From NCBI GenBank assembly GCA_048938105.1, contig JBHLMN010000014.1, positions 64,001-128,000 on the forward strand: 64,000 nt of DNA. The letters are read 5' to 3'. The translations under genes were made by a program, and so were the position numbers. The notes under the pieces are model-generated. The model saw only the letters and a program-made list of their open reading frames with translations, had not been told where the DNA came from and ran no database searches. This DNA is from Promethearchaeota archaeon. Its GTDB lineage: Archaea; Asgardarchaeota; Heimdallarchaeia; Hodarchaeales; Hodarchaeaceae. This document shows positions 29,900 to 40,381 of the stretch, piece after piece; positions within the stretch are counted from its first letter, which is position 1, and every line of letters begins with the position of its first letter.

Positions 29900-30445
29900 T
29901 TAATTGATATCAGAGTATGTCGAATCAGTAAGGGTGGAATCGAGGTAAGTGAGAAGGAGTTCTAAGTTATAATTATTTCTTTCTTCAATTAGATTTGATT
30001 CAAAAGCAACAAATTTTGAACATTCTTGGTTTTGTTTTGATGGTGATAATCGCTTATACGAGCATGCGCGGCTGATATCAAGAATGACTGACTCAAGGGG
30101 GCGAGATAATAGATCCTGTCGCACTTGAGACTCTGAGAAAAGTCCATTAGCCAAACCTGATGATATAATGGGTTCTGCCTTCATTATATATCGTAGTAAA
30201 CAGTCAACATGCGCGACATATCCTTCCTCATTTCCAACTACAATTTTCTGTTCAAAAAGTTCATCAACAGTGAACCTTTTCCCACAATGAGAACAGATCA
30301 ACCCACCTCCGTTTATGATGAGGTCGTAAACGACAAATAGGTCAGCTTCGTTTTCATCGATGTCCTTGATGTCCAATTGGATATTTACTCCTATTACAAG
30401 CCTGTTGGAGTTTTTTAAAATCAGGATGAACCGGTTCAAGTTCAT
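29900..30445 (-). CDS. Hypothetical protein with CxxC...HxxC zinc finger
   Basis: ICSHCGK...AHVDC; start uncertain. Confidence 0.6.
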   Translation of the reverse strand: MNLNRFILILKNSNRLVIGVNIQLDIKDIDENEADLFVVYDLIINGGGLICSHCGKRFTVDELFEQKIVVGNEEGYVAHVDCLLRYIMKAEPIISSGLANGLFSESQVRQDLLSRPLESVILDISRACSYKRLSPSKQNQECSKFVAFESNLIEERNNYNLELLLTYLDSTLTDSTYSDIN

Positions 30446-30846
30446 TATTTATAGTATTTTCTATGTTTTAAGGATTTTCTAGTTTCTTGGAATTTTGTAA
30501 GTAGACCCCTTTGGTGTCACCGTATCAATTCCTTCTGCTCACAATTAGATAACAACGACAATCTATCTCGTTATGTCTAATAATCTACCAATCGGTGTTG
30601 TTGGAAATCTTGTACGATTAAATATGAAATAACCAAAAAAATAGTCTCGTAAAGATGCGTGTCCCTGTTTTAATGATTTGTTTAGACCCCTAGTTATATG
30701 CTTTTATAAGTGAAACCATTCAATTTCTATATGTTGGCATAACCCTCCTTTATTTCCTATAGTAGTTGTATAAAGTCTATTTTTGTTGTTGAACTAAAGT
30801 ATGGATGAAAAAAGGGGCCATGAGGGAACAAATAAATTTCCTGTTC

Positions 30847-31311
30847 TTAACCAAAGAAGTTTGGTTTTAAATGGATTATTTTTTGTAAATGTATTTCATA
30901 ACCTTTCTTAGCATTCTGCCTTTGTTCCTCAACCCATTTCTCAAATCCTATTTCCTTAAATCTCTTATATCTATCCATCGTGTCAGGATCGGCAACATTT
31001 TTAATTTTGGAACATGGAAACTCTTCACACTCAAAACAAATACGTAATTCTTTTTTAAGATTGCATTTCTTTACTTCACACCAAGTAGGTCCTCCACCTT
31101 GTTGACATCCAGGACACTTCGCATTCTCGATGAACCACTCTAGTCCCTTTATAAATTGCTTGAAATCAAACAGTCCTCTGGATCGAAACTCGAATCCATA
31201 GAGATCTGTGAATTCCTTCATTTGTACAGCTGTTTCTCTAATTAATCCATTATACTGCCCACAACTACCACAATAATCACTACATGGTGCAACTAATTTA
31301 TAATTTCCCAT
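30847..31311 (-). CDS. DUF3795-like Cys-rich protein
   Basis: APCSDYCGSC, CPGC, CEVKKC and CFECEEFPC motifs. Confidence 0.8.
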   Translation of the reverse strand: MGNYKLVAPCSDYCGSCGQYNGLIRETAVQMKEFTDLYGFEFRSRGLFDFKQFIKGLEWFIENAKCPGCQQGGGPTWCEVKKCNLKKELRICFECEEFPCSKIKNVADPDTMDRYKRFKEIGFEKWVEEQRQNAKKGYEIHLQKIIHLKPNFFG

Positions 31312-31549
31312 TTTTTCAACCCATATTTTTGATCTCTTATTACAATAAATTTACGACTTTTTCTATCAGGAAATCTCCTTTTCTCTCTCTGGTTTCGAAC
31401 TTCTATTTGGAAAGCTTTTCTTGGGTTAATATTCATAATAATTCCACTATTTCTCCCATTTTTTCATCAATAGCTCAGAATTCAGTTGGGATTAGCTCTT
31501 CCGCGGAGAATACTCCTAACATTATTCAGGATGTCTAGTAATGTTCAAG

Positions 31550-32518
31550 TCAACTCCATTGTTGTAAGATCTTTTTAATCAGATTTTCGAAGACCGTGGA
31601 AAGTGTATCCCCCCTGTTGGGCCTAATTTCATTGTATCCCATCTCTAATTCCTCAGCCAGATCTTTTAGCTCCTTTGTTGTATTTTTAGCTTGTATTACC
31701 ACCAAATTTATAGGAACATTGGAATCTGGCACAACAGACCGAAATTCTGTATGCCATGCCTTCACTTGATTACGCCTCGATTTTTCCTCATGATTAATAA
31801 AAATAAGGGCTCCATTTGCACCGTGATAATAGCTTGATCGTAACTTTCTAAAAAATTCCTGTTCTGCAGTGTCCATGATTATGATTTTTATGATTAAGCC
31901 ATAAAGATTCAGAATTTTGGTGGTGATGTCTACACCAATAGTAGAAAGATAATTTGTCGAAAATTTACCCTCAGCATACGCTCGTACCAGTTCTGTTTTT
32001 CTTTCGGAACCTGTACAACAAATTTTTAGCAAAGCAAAAGTGGAATTAGCACACTTATCAATAAGCGAAGATAATGTGTCTGCAAGGGATTCAAAATCAC
32101 CATATGGGATTTCATGATACGCGATACATTGATTGTTTTTCAATCTCATTCGCTCTGCGTTGGTGACACGAACAGGAGTTTTAAGAAGACCTATAACGGT
32201 TTGAGGGTATTTAGCTAGACCAGAACAGTTGGCATTGAGATCAAAGACTCTATCTATTTCTTTATAGCCAAACCGACTATTTAGATTATAGAAATATACT
32301 CGTGCATGTGAAAGTTTCCACTTATTCCTCCAATCAAGGAACTGAACTTGGATATCACGACCCCCACACTTTACCACCTTGCCTGGTTTATCAAAGCCAA
32401 CCATTTTGTAAAACTCCCCAGAGAGTTCCCGATCAGGAAAATTCTTTAAAAAAGTTTTAGCAGTGGGTGGGATCGTCCCTAGAAGATATAGTCTTACCAA
32501 CGAATCGGGTTGGGTCAT
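31550..32518 (-). CDS. Tandem degenerate Rab-like small GTPase
   Basis: C-terminal half has FSTNYLSTIGVDI, IMDTAEQEFF and SSYYHGANG. The N-terminal half is a more eroded G-domain-like region. Confidence 0.75.
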   Translation of the reverse strand: MTQPDSLVRLYLLGTIPPTAKTFLKNFPDRELSGEFYKMVGFDKPGKVVKCGGRDIQVQFLDWRNKWKLSHARVYFYNLNSRFGYKEIDRVFDLNANCSGLAKYPQTVIGLLKTPVRVTNAERMRLKNNQCIAYHEIPYGDFESLADTLSSLIDKCANSTFALLKICCTGSERKTELVRAYAEGKFSTNYLSTIGVDITTKILNLYGLIIKIIIMDTAEQEFFRKLRSSYYHGANGALIFINHEEKSRRNQVKAWHTEFRSVVPDSNVPINLVVIQAKNTTKELKDLAEELEMGYNEIRPNRGDTLSTVFENLIKKILQQWS

Positions 32519-32590
32519 CTTCCGTTCCTTGGTAACTTCAGAAATCTCATCCCTTAAATTAGTATTGAATTTGAATATCTAACCAGAGAT

Positions 32591-32692
32591 ATTTAACCTC
32601 ACTATCACACTGAATCAGTTAATCTAAAGGAGCGTGAATCTTCAACTAGAAGTGAAAAGAGTTTAGGAGATCGGAAATAGTGAGTGTTAAAT
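32591..32692. repeat. attC-like inverted repeat
   Basis: ATTTAAC-CTCACTAT ... ATAGTGAG-T-GTTAAAT, fitting RYYYAAC...GTTRRRY with one extrahelical base. Confidence 0.45.
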
Positions 32693-32839
32693 CATGATCT
32701 GATGTCTGAGTTCTATTTTCGGGAAAAGAAAACTAATTCTTCCTTTTAAGAAGAGATTCGAATTATCAAATTCAGTTGATGTCGTTTATTGTTGGAATGA
32801 ATTCGTTAATTTGATACTAAATAATATAATGTCTATGAA

Positions 32840-32909
32840 CGTTGGATAAGACTAGTTTTTTTGTTTAAAAAGGGATATAATTTTTCACATAACATTGATT
32901 AAGACACTT
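32840..32909. repeat. Dispersed ~70-bp repeat, copy 1
   Basis: CGTTGGATAAGACTAGTTTTT is identical to 35475-35495; similarity continues through GATATAATTTT..ATAAC..GACA. Confidence 0.75.
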
Positions 32910-33073
32910 GCATAGACATTTCATGAGAATACATGGGATAATCAAATTTTTTCTCTCAACAGGTATGTTAGAGGAAATTGACAAGACTCGTGCTTTAGCT
33001 AATCGCAAAAGAAATGATATTATTTTATACTCTCCAGGAGGTCTTAATTTGGATTTTTCTATTGCTTACTTGG

Positions 33074-34051
33074 TTATTCTTTCATAGATATTACGATTTT
33101 TCCAGTGAATTTTCCATCTAGATAATACTGGAGAGCCTCTGCAGTCTTATTTAAAGGGAAAATCTTATCAATTACTGGAACTACTTTACCACTCTCAAGG
33201 AGTTCTTTAATTTGGATAAAATCCTCTTCCTTAGGTATTGGTATTTTTGCAGTTATTTTTTTATTCCCAATAAGTGATATTATTGGACCAATCAATAGTG
33301 CTTCAAAAAATCGTCTTGTTGATCCTCCGATACCGATATATCTCCCTTTAGGATTCAATATTCGTTTAAAATCCCGTATTGATCGATAAGCAGCAAAATC
33401 AATAATTAAATCATAAGTCTGTCCAGTTTTTGTAAAATCTTCTTTTTTATAATCAATAACGTGATCTGCTCCTATTGATTTCACCTTTTCTACTTTGCTC
33501 GTGCTACAGACTCCTGAAACCTCGGTTCCGAGTGTTTTTGCTATTTGTACTGCAAAAGTTCCCGTCCCACCGGAAGCACCGATAATTAATACTTTCTCCC
33601 CTTGTTGAATTTTTCCAAATTTCTGAAGACTTTGTAATGCTGTAATTGCTGTTATTGGAACTGCTGCTGCTTGTTCAAATGAGATATTCTTTGGTTTTTT
33701 TATTATTCTTTTTTCTGGAACACATCGATATTCAGCAAATGCTCCCCAGTTACTAAGTCCAAAAACTTCATCACCTGGCTGAAATTTTGTGGTCTTTTTT
33801 CCAACTGCTTCTATTACTCCAGCTATATCATCCCCAAGTATTTTATGACTCGGTTTTCTAATTCCTAATGTAGTTAACCTAATAAAAAATGATTTTCCTT
33901 CTACTACAACTTTATCAATCGCATTTAATGAGGCAGCATAGACTTTAACTAGTACCTCATCATCCTTTGGCTTTGGTTTTTCAACTTCTTCAAGTTCAAG
34001 AACTTCCTGAGGAGGGCCATATTTTGTGTGGACTATTGCTTTCATCTTCAT
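33074..34051 (-). CDS. NAD(P)-dependent MDR oxidoreductase (quinone reductase-like)
   Basis: KAIVHTKYGPP, GASGGTG, GADHVIDY and GKIVI motifs. Confidence 0.9.
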   Translation of the reverse strand: MKMKAIVHTKYGPPQEVLELEEVEKPKPKDDEVLVKVYAASLNAIDKVVVEGKSFFIRLTTLGIRKPSHKILGDDIAGVIEAVGKKTTKFQPGDEVFGLSNWGAFAEYRCVPEKRIIKKPKNISFEQAAAVPITAITALQSLQKFGKIQQGEKVLIIGASGGTGTFAVQIAKTLGTEVSGVCSTSKVEKVKSIGADHVIDYKKEDFTKTGQTYDLIIDFAAYRSIRDFKRILNPKGRYIGIGGSTRRFFEALLIGPIISLIGNKKITAKIPIPKEEDFIQIKELLESGKVVPVIDKIFPLNKTAEALQYYLDGKFTGKIVISMKE

Positions 34052-34651
34052 TGGTATACTTCCATTAACTAACGCTCATGTACTTCTGATGCATAACTTA
34101 CTGATGATATAAAGCTGCTTAGCTGTACACTAGGATTTTTCATTAAATAAACTCCGATATAAACAATAATTGAGCTATAATTTTGTTCCGCATCAAAATA
34201 TTTAAGGAATATCGACAGTTTTTACTGAAAAACTTACGGAAAGCGTCATATTCCAGCTAAAAAAAGGGGTACAAACGAACCTCCGTATATTCCTAAGATC
34301 TTAGTTTTTGAATATTTTTAACGTTCTATTTAAGGGGAAGAGTAATCATTGTAGACTTGATTCTTTGATTCCGTGATCCAAGATCGGTGGTTTAATAAAC
34401 TAATAGAATAGTAAAGATAGACGCAACAACAAGAGAGAGTATGAACAACCCAAGAAAGATCATCATGTTTCCACTATAACCAAGATAAACAGAAAAAGAA
34501 TCTACCAGCCAATGACTAATATCCGTTTTTGTAGCCAAAATTAAGTTTTAATAGATTTCACAATTTTATGCTTCTTCTACCTCTTTGAGCTGAAGAACCT
34601 CTAGTTGTCCGTATTTTGTCTGTATAATTGCTTTTATTTGAGAATTTTTCC

Positions 34652-35332
34652 CTATTTAATTGTAGATGTATTGAATCCTTTAACTATTAACCATATCGCA
34701 AGAACCATTTCATTCACGAAAATTGGTAGATCCAACAACATCGAAATCGTCTCATCAATACCACCGAACATATCGAACAAACCATTCACAATCCCCAATG
34801 TGATTCCAATAAGACCCCAGACTGATAACCATCGAGGAACGAGTTTTGTTTGATAAAAAATGCAATAATACATCAGAGCACCTATACTAAAAGCAAATAC
34901 CCCTGGTACCACAGCTTGGTCTACAGTATATCCTGTTAATAATAATTCGCCTATAGTTTGAAAATAAGGTTCAGCTGAAGCTCCAGCTTGCACATATTCT
35001 TGACTTAATGGCACTAGTGCTAGTATGCCCATTACACCAACCATAAAGATTGCGCCTTCAATAATCCTGAAACCCACGGCTCCAAGAGCGAGGCCTTCAT
35101 TATACTCTTTTAAGATTGGATACATCGGAATTACAATACCAGCCCCTGCAGCTGCCATAATAAAGTAAAATATCACTCCTAGCGCCATTTGCGTTTCATT
35201 CGCAGAAACCTCGGCTAGATAATCTGAAGCTCCTATAATTGGTAATATAAAAACACCACTTACTATAGCTGCACCTGTGCAGCTTATGAATAAGACTCCT
35301 ACAATTCTTGCGTTCGTTTTGTATGTATTCAT
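34652..35332 (-). CDS. DUF4386-like membrane protein
   Basis: ARIVGVLF, MYPILK, FRIIE, LVPRWLSVWG and EMVLAIWLIVKGF motifs. Confidence 0.8.
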   Translation of the reverse strand: MNTYKTNARIVGVLFISCTGAAIVSGVFILPIIGASDYLAEVSANETQMALGVIFYFIMAAAGAGIVIPMYPILKEYNEGLALGAVGFRIIEGAIFMVGVMGILALVPLSQEYVQAGASAEPYFQTIGELLLTGYTVDQAVVPGVFAFSIGALMYYCIFYQTKLVPRWLSVWGLIGITLGIVNGLFDMFGGIDETISMLLDLPIFVNEMVLAIWLIVKGFNTSTIK

Positions 35333-35474
35333 TTTATTCCCATTTTTTTCTTATTTTTTATAATTAATAGACTGTTAAGCTATTGTTCTGAAACTGCTCT
35401 TTTTTAGAAATAAGCAATTATTGAAAAATATTTGTACTAATTCACATTCATTTTTATATAAGAAATGTAGTTAG

Positions 35475-35545
35475 CGTTGGATAAGACTAGTTTTTAATAT
35501 AAAATGAGATATAATTTTACATATAACTTTAGTTAACAGACATTA
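35475..35545. repeat. Dispersed ~70-bp repeat, copy 2
   Basis: Matches 32840-32909. Confidence 0.75.
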
Positions 35546-35652
35546 TATCGACTAATGTACTACATCTAGGAACCAAGTTACCAAAAAAAGTTGATATAGG
35601 ATCAATTCGATTGGTCATAAATGCTTAAATCGGAGATAGGGAATGATAATCC

Positions 35653-36393
35653 ATGCCTTACGCATCTTCTATTGACAATGAGAAAATCTATTATGAAGTA
35701 TTAGGAGACGGTGATATTTCATTAGTCTTTATAGGAGGATTAGGCGTTCCTACTGGAAGAGATTTTTGGACAAATCAATTAGAATTTGCTTCTAAATATA
35801 AATTAATCTTAATTGATCTTGCAGGCTACGGAAAATTGGATAACGGTAGAAAGATTCACACCATGCAATTATACGGACAGGATGTAAAAGCAGTAGTAGA
35901 GGAGTTAGATTTAAAGGATGTCATTCTTATCGGGATATCAATGGGTGGAGTGGTAATTCTAGAAGCTGAAAAATTAATACCTGAACGAACTATTGGATTA
36001 ATTCCTATAGATTCATTATTATTAGATTCCCCCTCATTCTATACTTCTCACGATGAAGAACAAACTGAGATTTTCTGGAAATCTTATGAGGAGGATCTGA
36101 ATAATTATGAGAATGATATTTTACCTTTTGATAAAAGAGTAGTTAAGAGTGGTTCTAGGGAATTATATAAGTGGGATTTTCGTGATATCTTACCAGAGAT
36201 TGAGAAGCCTATAAAGTGTATAATAGCTGAGAGAACCTTACCAACTAAACAACAACAAGACTGATATGCTAAAATTTTTGATGCGGTTTTCATGGAGGAT
36301 GTCGGACATTTGTTGATCTTCGAAGATCCTCAAAGGTTTAATTTAGTGTTGGATGAACGGATTAGAGAATTACTCAAGATAAGCGACATTTAG
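35653..36393 (+). pseudogene. Alpha/beta hydrolase interrupted by an in-frame TGA (36262-36264)
   Basis: GISMGG nucleophile elbow. The frame continues after TGA as YAKIFDAVFMEDVGHLLIFEDPQRFN...ISDI*, which carries the catalytic His motif. Confidence 0.75.
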
Positions 36394-36507
36394 ACTATAT
36401 AAAGCGAATGTAAAGCTTTTGAGCTAAACGTTGGTTATTGTACATCGATTATAATACAACCCCTTTGTATCCCAAGAATTTAGATTTAATGAATAGCCAA
36501 TTTAAGA

Positions 36508-37527
36508 TCATTTTAATATCAATAGAATACGAGTTGTCCAATCGTGGATACGAGCATTTGGTTTCCTCCAACTAGATGACAATCTTATAATTCTATTAGT
36601 TGATGGAACGTTTCCAAAATCCCAAAGCCCATTCTTAGTTTGGTTGTCCCAAAACCACTCAAGAAGCTCCTCAACATGAGATTTCCAGCTAGGATACGGT
36701 TTTAAAATCTCAAGGGATCTCAACCACCTTGTGAAAGTATTAGTTCCTACTAAATCATTAGGAGAAGATCTTAGATCCACATTTAAGTAACCAATTCCTT
36801 GATTCCATACAAATCTGAAAAATGCTTTTTCTAACTCTGGATTTAACTTATAAATTTGAGAACAGATTAGATTTACAGTGTAAACATCATTTATTGTGAG
36901 TTCTTTCCCTTCCTTTATTCTTTTTTTAAATCGGGCCGAGAATTCGTCATAGTTAATCTGTAGTATTTCTAGAAACGCAGAAATCTGTTTTTGTGTATTA
37001 TATGAATTACTAGGGAAGGATCTTTGTATTATTTTAGACCATAAATCAAAATAATCATTAAGGATTGGATGATTAGGGTTTATTTCAGCTAAAGAAACCG
37101 CAACAATTTTCTTAATAAAACAATCCCAAACATTTTGACCTAGACCTTTTGGAACAATATCTCGTGGTTTTACTGAATTGTTTAGAATTCCAACGATATA
37201 GTCGGTTACTTTTTGAATGATAGGATGAGTATCATCAAGACCTAGATTAATGGATCTACTAACACCCACTTCAGTGGTAGGAACTTTCTGTTTAAGGGCA
37301 GTGTCTTCAGTGTGAAATCTTCCCCAGCTCCCATCCTCCCATTGGTCATTTCTAAGTATTTGTACCCATTTATTTTCTTCTAATCTTGATTCTGCTTCAA
37401 TTAGTTCAGGATCGTTTCTATTCTTTCTTAATATATCGCGTAATAATCTAACTTGAACAGCTGGATCAGGACTATCTTCAAGGATTCTTTCTGCGATATT
37501 TTGAATTTCTCTCTTTCCCTTTGACAT
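36508..37527 (-). CDS. Hypothetical protein with QW/prenyltransferase-like repeats
   Basis: DQWEDGSWG and NQTKNGLWDF. Confidence 0.65.
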   Translation of the reverse strand: MSKGKREIQNIAERILEDSPDPAVQVRLLRDILRKNRNDPELIEAESRLEENKWVQILRNDQWEDGSWGRFHTEDTALKQKVPTTEVGVSRSINLGLDDTHPIIQKVTDYIVGILNNSVKPRDIVPKGLGQNVWDCFIKKIVAVSLAEINPNHPILNDYFDLWSKIIQRSFPSNSYNTQKQISAFLEILQINYDEFSARFKKRIKEGKELTINDVYTVNLICSQIYKLNPELEKAFFRFVWNQGIGYLNVDLRSSPNDLVGTNTFTRWLRSLEILKPYPSWKSHVEELLEWFWDNQTKNGLWDFGNVPSTNRIIRLSSSWRKPNARIHDWTTRILLILK

Positions 37528-37845
37528 AAATCCATCTCCGAATTAGAATACCTGAATAGTAAATATAGTTACAATTCTTTTAGTGAGTAATAAATAGAAA
37601 TAAGATTGTTCCTATATCAACTTATCTTCGGAAGAAGTCGTTGGTTAGGTTATGAAAAGTAAACACCAAGATTTTTATCTATGATTTTCCCAATTGTTTG
37701 ATTACGACATTCTTTTCATTATTATCAGTATCATAAAGTTGATGATATTATGAGAGTTCTACAAATCGCGTTATAGAAATGAGTTTCCTCATTTTTGCCA
37801 TTAAATTAAAGTTTAAAACCTTCAAATCTGACTGATGGCCTCATT

Positions 37846-38790
37846 ATGATTCTTTTAACTCCTGAAACTTTAGATGACGTGTCTAATCTTTTAGATGAGT
37901 ATGGTCAATTTATACAGGAACAGCTTGGTATTCCATCATTTCCTGTCAAAGAAAGGTTTAAGACTTTTCTTAAGGAAAGAAATGACCGAATTTTCGCCTT
38001 TTATGATAATAATCACGTTCCTATTGGCATAGCAAGGACATCAACTGAGAAGGGGAATCCTGATGAAGTCTATATTATGGAATTTTATTGTTCAGAAAAA
38101 GGTAAAGACAAGGGAAGCTTAGAGATAAACCTTTTTGATGCAGTTTTCAATCAATTAAAGGATAACCATACAATTATAAGAGTGGCTGGAATGCCACTTT
38201 CATCCGATTTAAGAAATCATATTACATCACGCAATTTTACAAGATTTGATCGTTGGAAAATGTCAATTGACAAATCAACTGTTCAATCATTATCTAAACT
38301 TAATTTACCATTAAATTACGCTTTTGCTAGATGGAATGATGAGTATACAGAGCCAATAATCGAAGTGATTACCAATTATAACGATCAAAATGTTGATAAT
38401 ATACTATTTCCATATTTCAAGACCGTTGACACTGTTAAGGCATTTATTGAAGATTTAACTAAGAATCGGTGGGGGAAATTTAAAACAAATTTAACCAGTA
38501 TTCTGACACATAACGGGGAATTAATAGGAGTTTGTTTCCTTACGGTATTAGACAATGGTAAAGGGTATCTTCCAGATATTGGAATTCTTAAGACTTATCA
38601 AGGAAAAGGACTGGGAAAAACATTACTCATCCACAGTTTAAAATATTATATGGAAGTACAGGATAGTAATGAGATCGAATTAGATGTTACTCTGAAAAAT
38701 ACAGTTGCACTTAACTTATATAAATCCTTAGGATTCCGATTTAAACGAGAATATACAGTTTTCGTTTGGAACGAGAACGATCCCACTTAA
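37846..38790 (+). CDS. Tandem GNAT acetyltransferase
   Basis: YQGKGLGKTL and NTVALNLYKSLGF motifs. Confidence 0.88.
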   Translation: MILLTPETLDDVSNLLDEYGQFIQEQLGIPSFPVKERFKTFLKERNDRIFAFYDNNHVPIGIARTSTEKGNPDEVYIMEFYCSEKGKDKGSLEINLFDAVFNQLKDNHTIIRVAGMPLSSDLRNHITSRNFTRFDRWKMSIDKSTVQSLSKLNLPLNYAFARWNDEYTEPIIEVITNYNDQNVDNILFPYFKTVDTVKAFIEDLTKNRWGKFKTNLTSILTHNGELIGVCFLTVLDNGKGYLPDIGILKTYQGKGLGKTLLIHSLKYYMEVQDSNEIELDVTLKNTVALNLYKSLGFRFKREYTVFVWNENDPT

Positions 38791-39285
38791 TCCTTAAAGA
38801 ATATTATCTCTATCGTAGAATCCTCTGTGTAAATAACCAGAAGCGATGAAATCGTTTTTTCTGACAAACTTTTTCTTAGCCTTCTTTGTAAATACAGTTC
38901 GCCATTGTTTGATATCATCACTAGTTATTCTTTTCTAATCACAAGATCCTGACACAGGTGTTATCAAAGCGTTACAATGACTTTCTGGCTGATATTTGTA
39001 AATAAATAGGTTCTCATCACCTGAATAATAAAATTGTGGAAAAAGAGGTTATCATTTGGATTCATTTAGGTTTAACTCTTTGAAAAGAACTTTCTAGCAT
39101 TAAATAAACGAAAATAAAGACAATCAATTTTTCAAAAAGAAAAGTTTTTCTAAAATTTATTATTAAATTTCATCTGCCTAATAGGTTGGATATTGATAGC
39201 ATTTTGTCTATTTCCAGCTGAATTTTCAAATTAGAATAATTTTGTTGTGAGTACGAATAAAACTATCAGGTTGGTGTAATCAGTA

Positions 39286-39561
39286 ATGGAGGATAAGATT
39301 GAAAATTCTAAGATGTTGTTACAACAGATCTCTTCGGATCATAGTGTTCCAAAGAACATCCGAAGAGCTGCAAAGGAGGCCTTCATGGCCATTTCTGGTA
39401 CGAATACTCAAGATGATGACCCTCCTGAAGTACGCGCCAATTTGGCAATTTCAATTCTAGATGAAATTAGTCAGGATCCCAACTGTCCCCTTTTTGCGAG
39501 AACCACCATATGGAATGTTCTTTCTCTCCTCGAAACTATTACATCTGAAAATCTAGAATAA
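39286..39561 (+). CDS. UPF0147 family protein
   Basis: [12 protein letters not shown] and [12 protein letters not shown] motifs. Confidence 0.88.
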   Translation: MEDKIENSKMLLQQISSDHSVPKNIRRAAKEAFMAISGTNTQDDDPPEVRANLAISILDEISQDPNCPLFARTTIWNVLSLLETITSENLE

Positions 39562-39578
39562 TAATCTCTATCTTTTTA

Positions 39579-39779
39579 TCAGACTTCTTCAACTGGGATA
39601 TTTAGGTTCTGAACAATCTCATTTGCTTCTTTTGGGTTTGTTTTAAATGTATATAAGCGTTTTTTCGTTCTAAGCTTCAATTTAACAATGTCTGAATTCT
39701 TGAGGCGTTTTACATAGCAGATTGAAGCCAAACCCAGCGTGGTCATGAATTCTTCTTTAGATTTTAATTCTTCTGGCAA
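39579..39779 (-). CDS. rpl38e: Ribosomal protein eL38
   Basis: MPEEL...VKLKLRTKKRLYTFK. Confidence 0.85.
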   Translation of the reverse strand: MPEELKSKEEFMTTLGLASICYVKRLKNSDIVKLKLRTKKRLYTFKTNPKEANEIVQNLNIPVEEV

Positions 39780-39839
39780 CTTTGTCTTCCTCGTAATAGG
39801 ATCTCTTTGTAACTTCGATTTTCGTTTGATTTTTTATTG

Positions 39840-40364
39840 TTATTCCATTAATTCTGATTTAGGTTTGGCAGGTTCAATTGGTACACGTTTAAGAAACCCA
39901 CCACAAATTGGACAAATTTGTTGTAAATCTTTTACTATTTTCCCACAGCCAGTACATTTAAGCTGCCATTCTCGGAGGAAAGTGATTTTTTTTCCACTGA
40001 TGACTTTAATAGGAATTTTAAAATGAAGAGCAGCGTTTTGTAAGCTTAAATCGTTGGAAATCAACGTTCCTTTTATTTGAACAGCTAAAGCAAGGACTTC
40101 AATGTCAGTTGAGGAAAGGGTTGTTTGTGGATCAATCGCCTCAATTCGTCTTTTCAGTTTTTTAAGCAAATTACTTTCAGGGATTCCAAACTGTAATCGC
40201 CCAGAATGTTTCAAAATATCCAGATTCATCCGAGAACGGAAATTCTTTAACTCTGAAACAACACTTAAGGTTGTAAAGAAATTACTTTCAGGATTCTTTT
40301 GTAGTTGTGGAAAATCTAATCCAATGAACGCAGTTGCATCCAACACAAATATATCTGGTTTCAA
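39840..40364 (-). CDS. nob1: Nob1 PIN/zinc-ribbon rRNA endonuclease
   Basis: VLDATAFI, LSSTDIEVLALA, SNDLSLQN and CTGC...CPICG motifs. Confidence 0.9.
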   Translation of the reverse strand: MKPDIFVLDATAFIGLDFPQLQKNPESNFFTTLSVVSELKNFRSRMNLDILKHSGRLQFGIPESNLLKKLKRRIEAIDPQTTLSSTDIEVLALAVQIKGTLISNDLSLQNAALHFKIPIKVISGKKITFLREWQLKCTGCGKIVKDLQQICPICGGFLKRVPIEPAKPKSELME

Positions 40365-40381
40365 AGAGTTTCCACTCGTTT

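Noticed and set aside
34340-34540. Short hydrophobic minus-strand frames here and at about 38800-39065
   Set aside because: Interrupted by stops; likely gene remnants that cannot be assigned.
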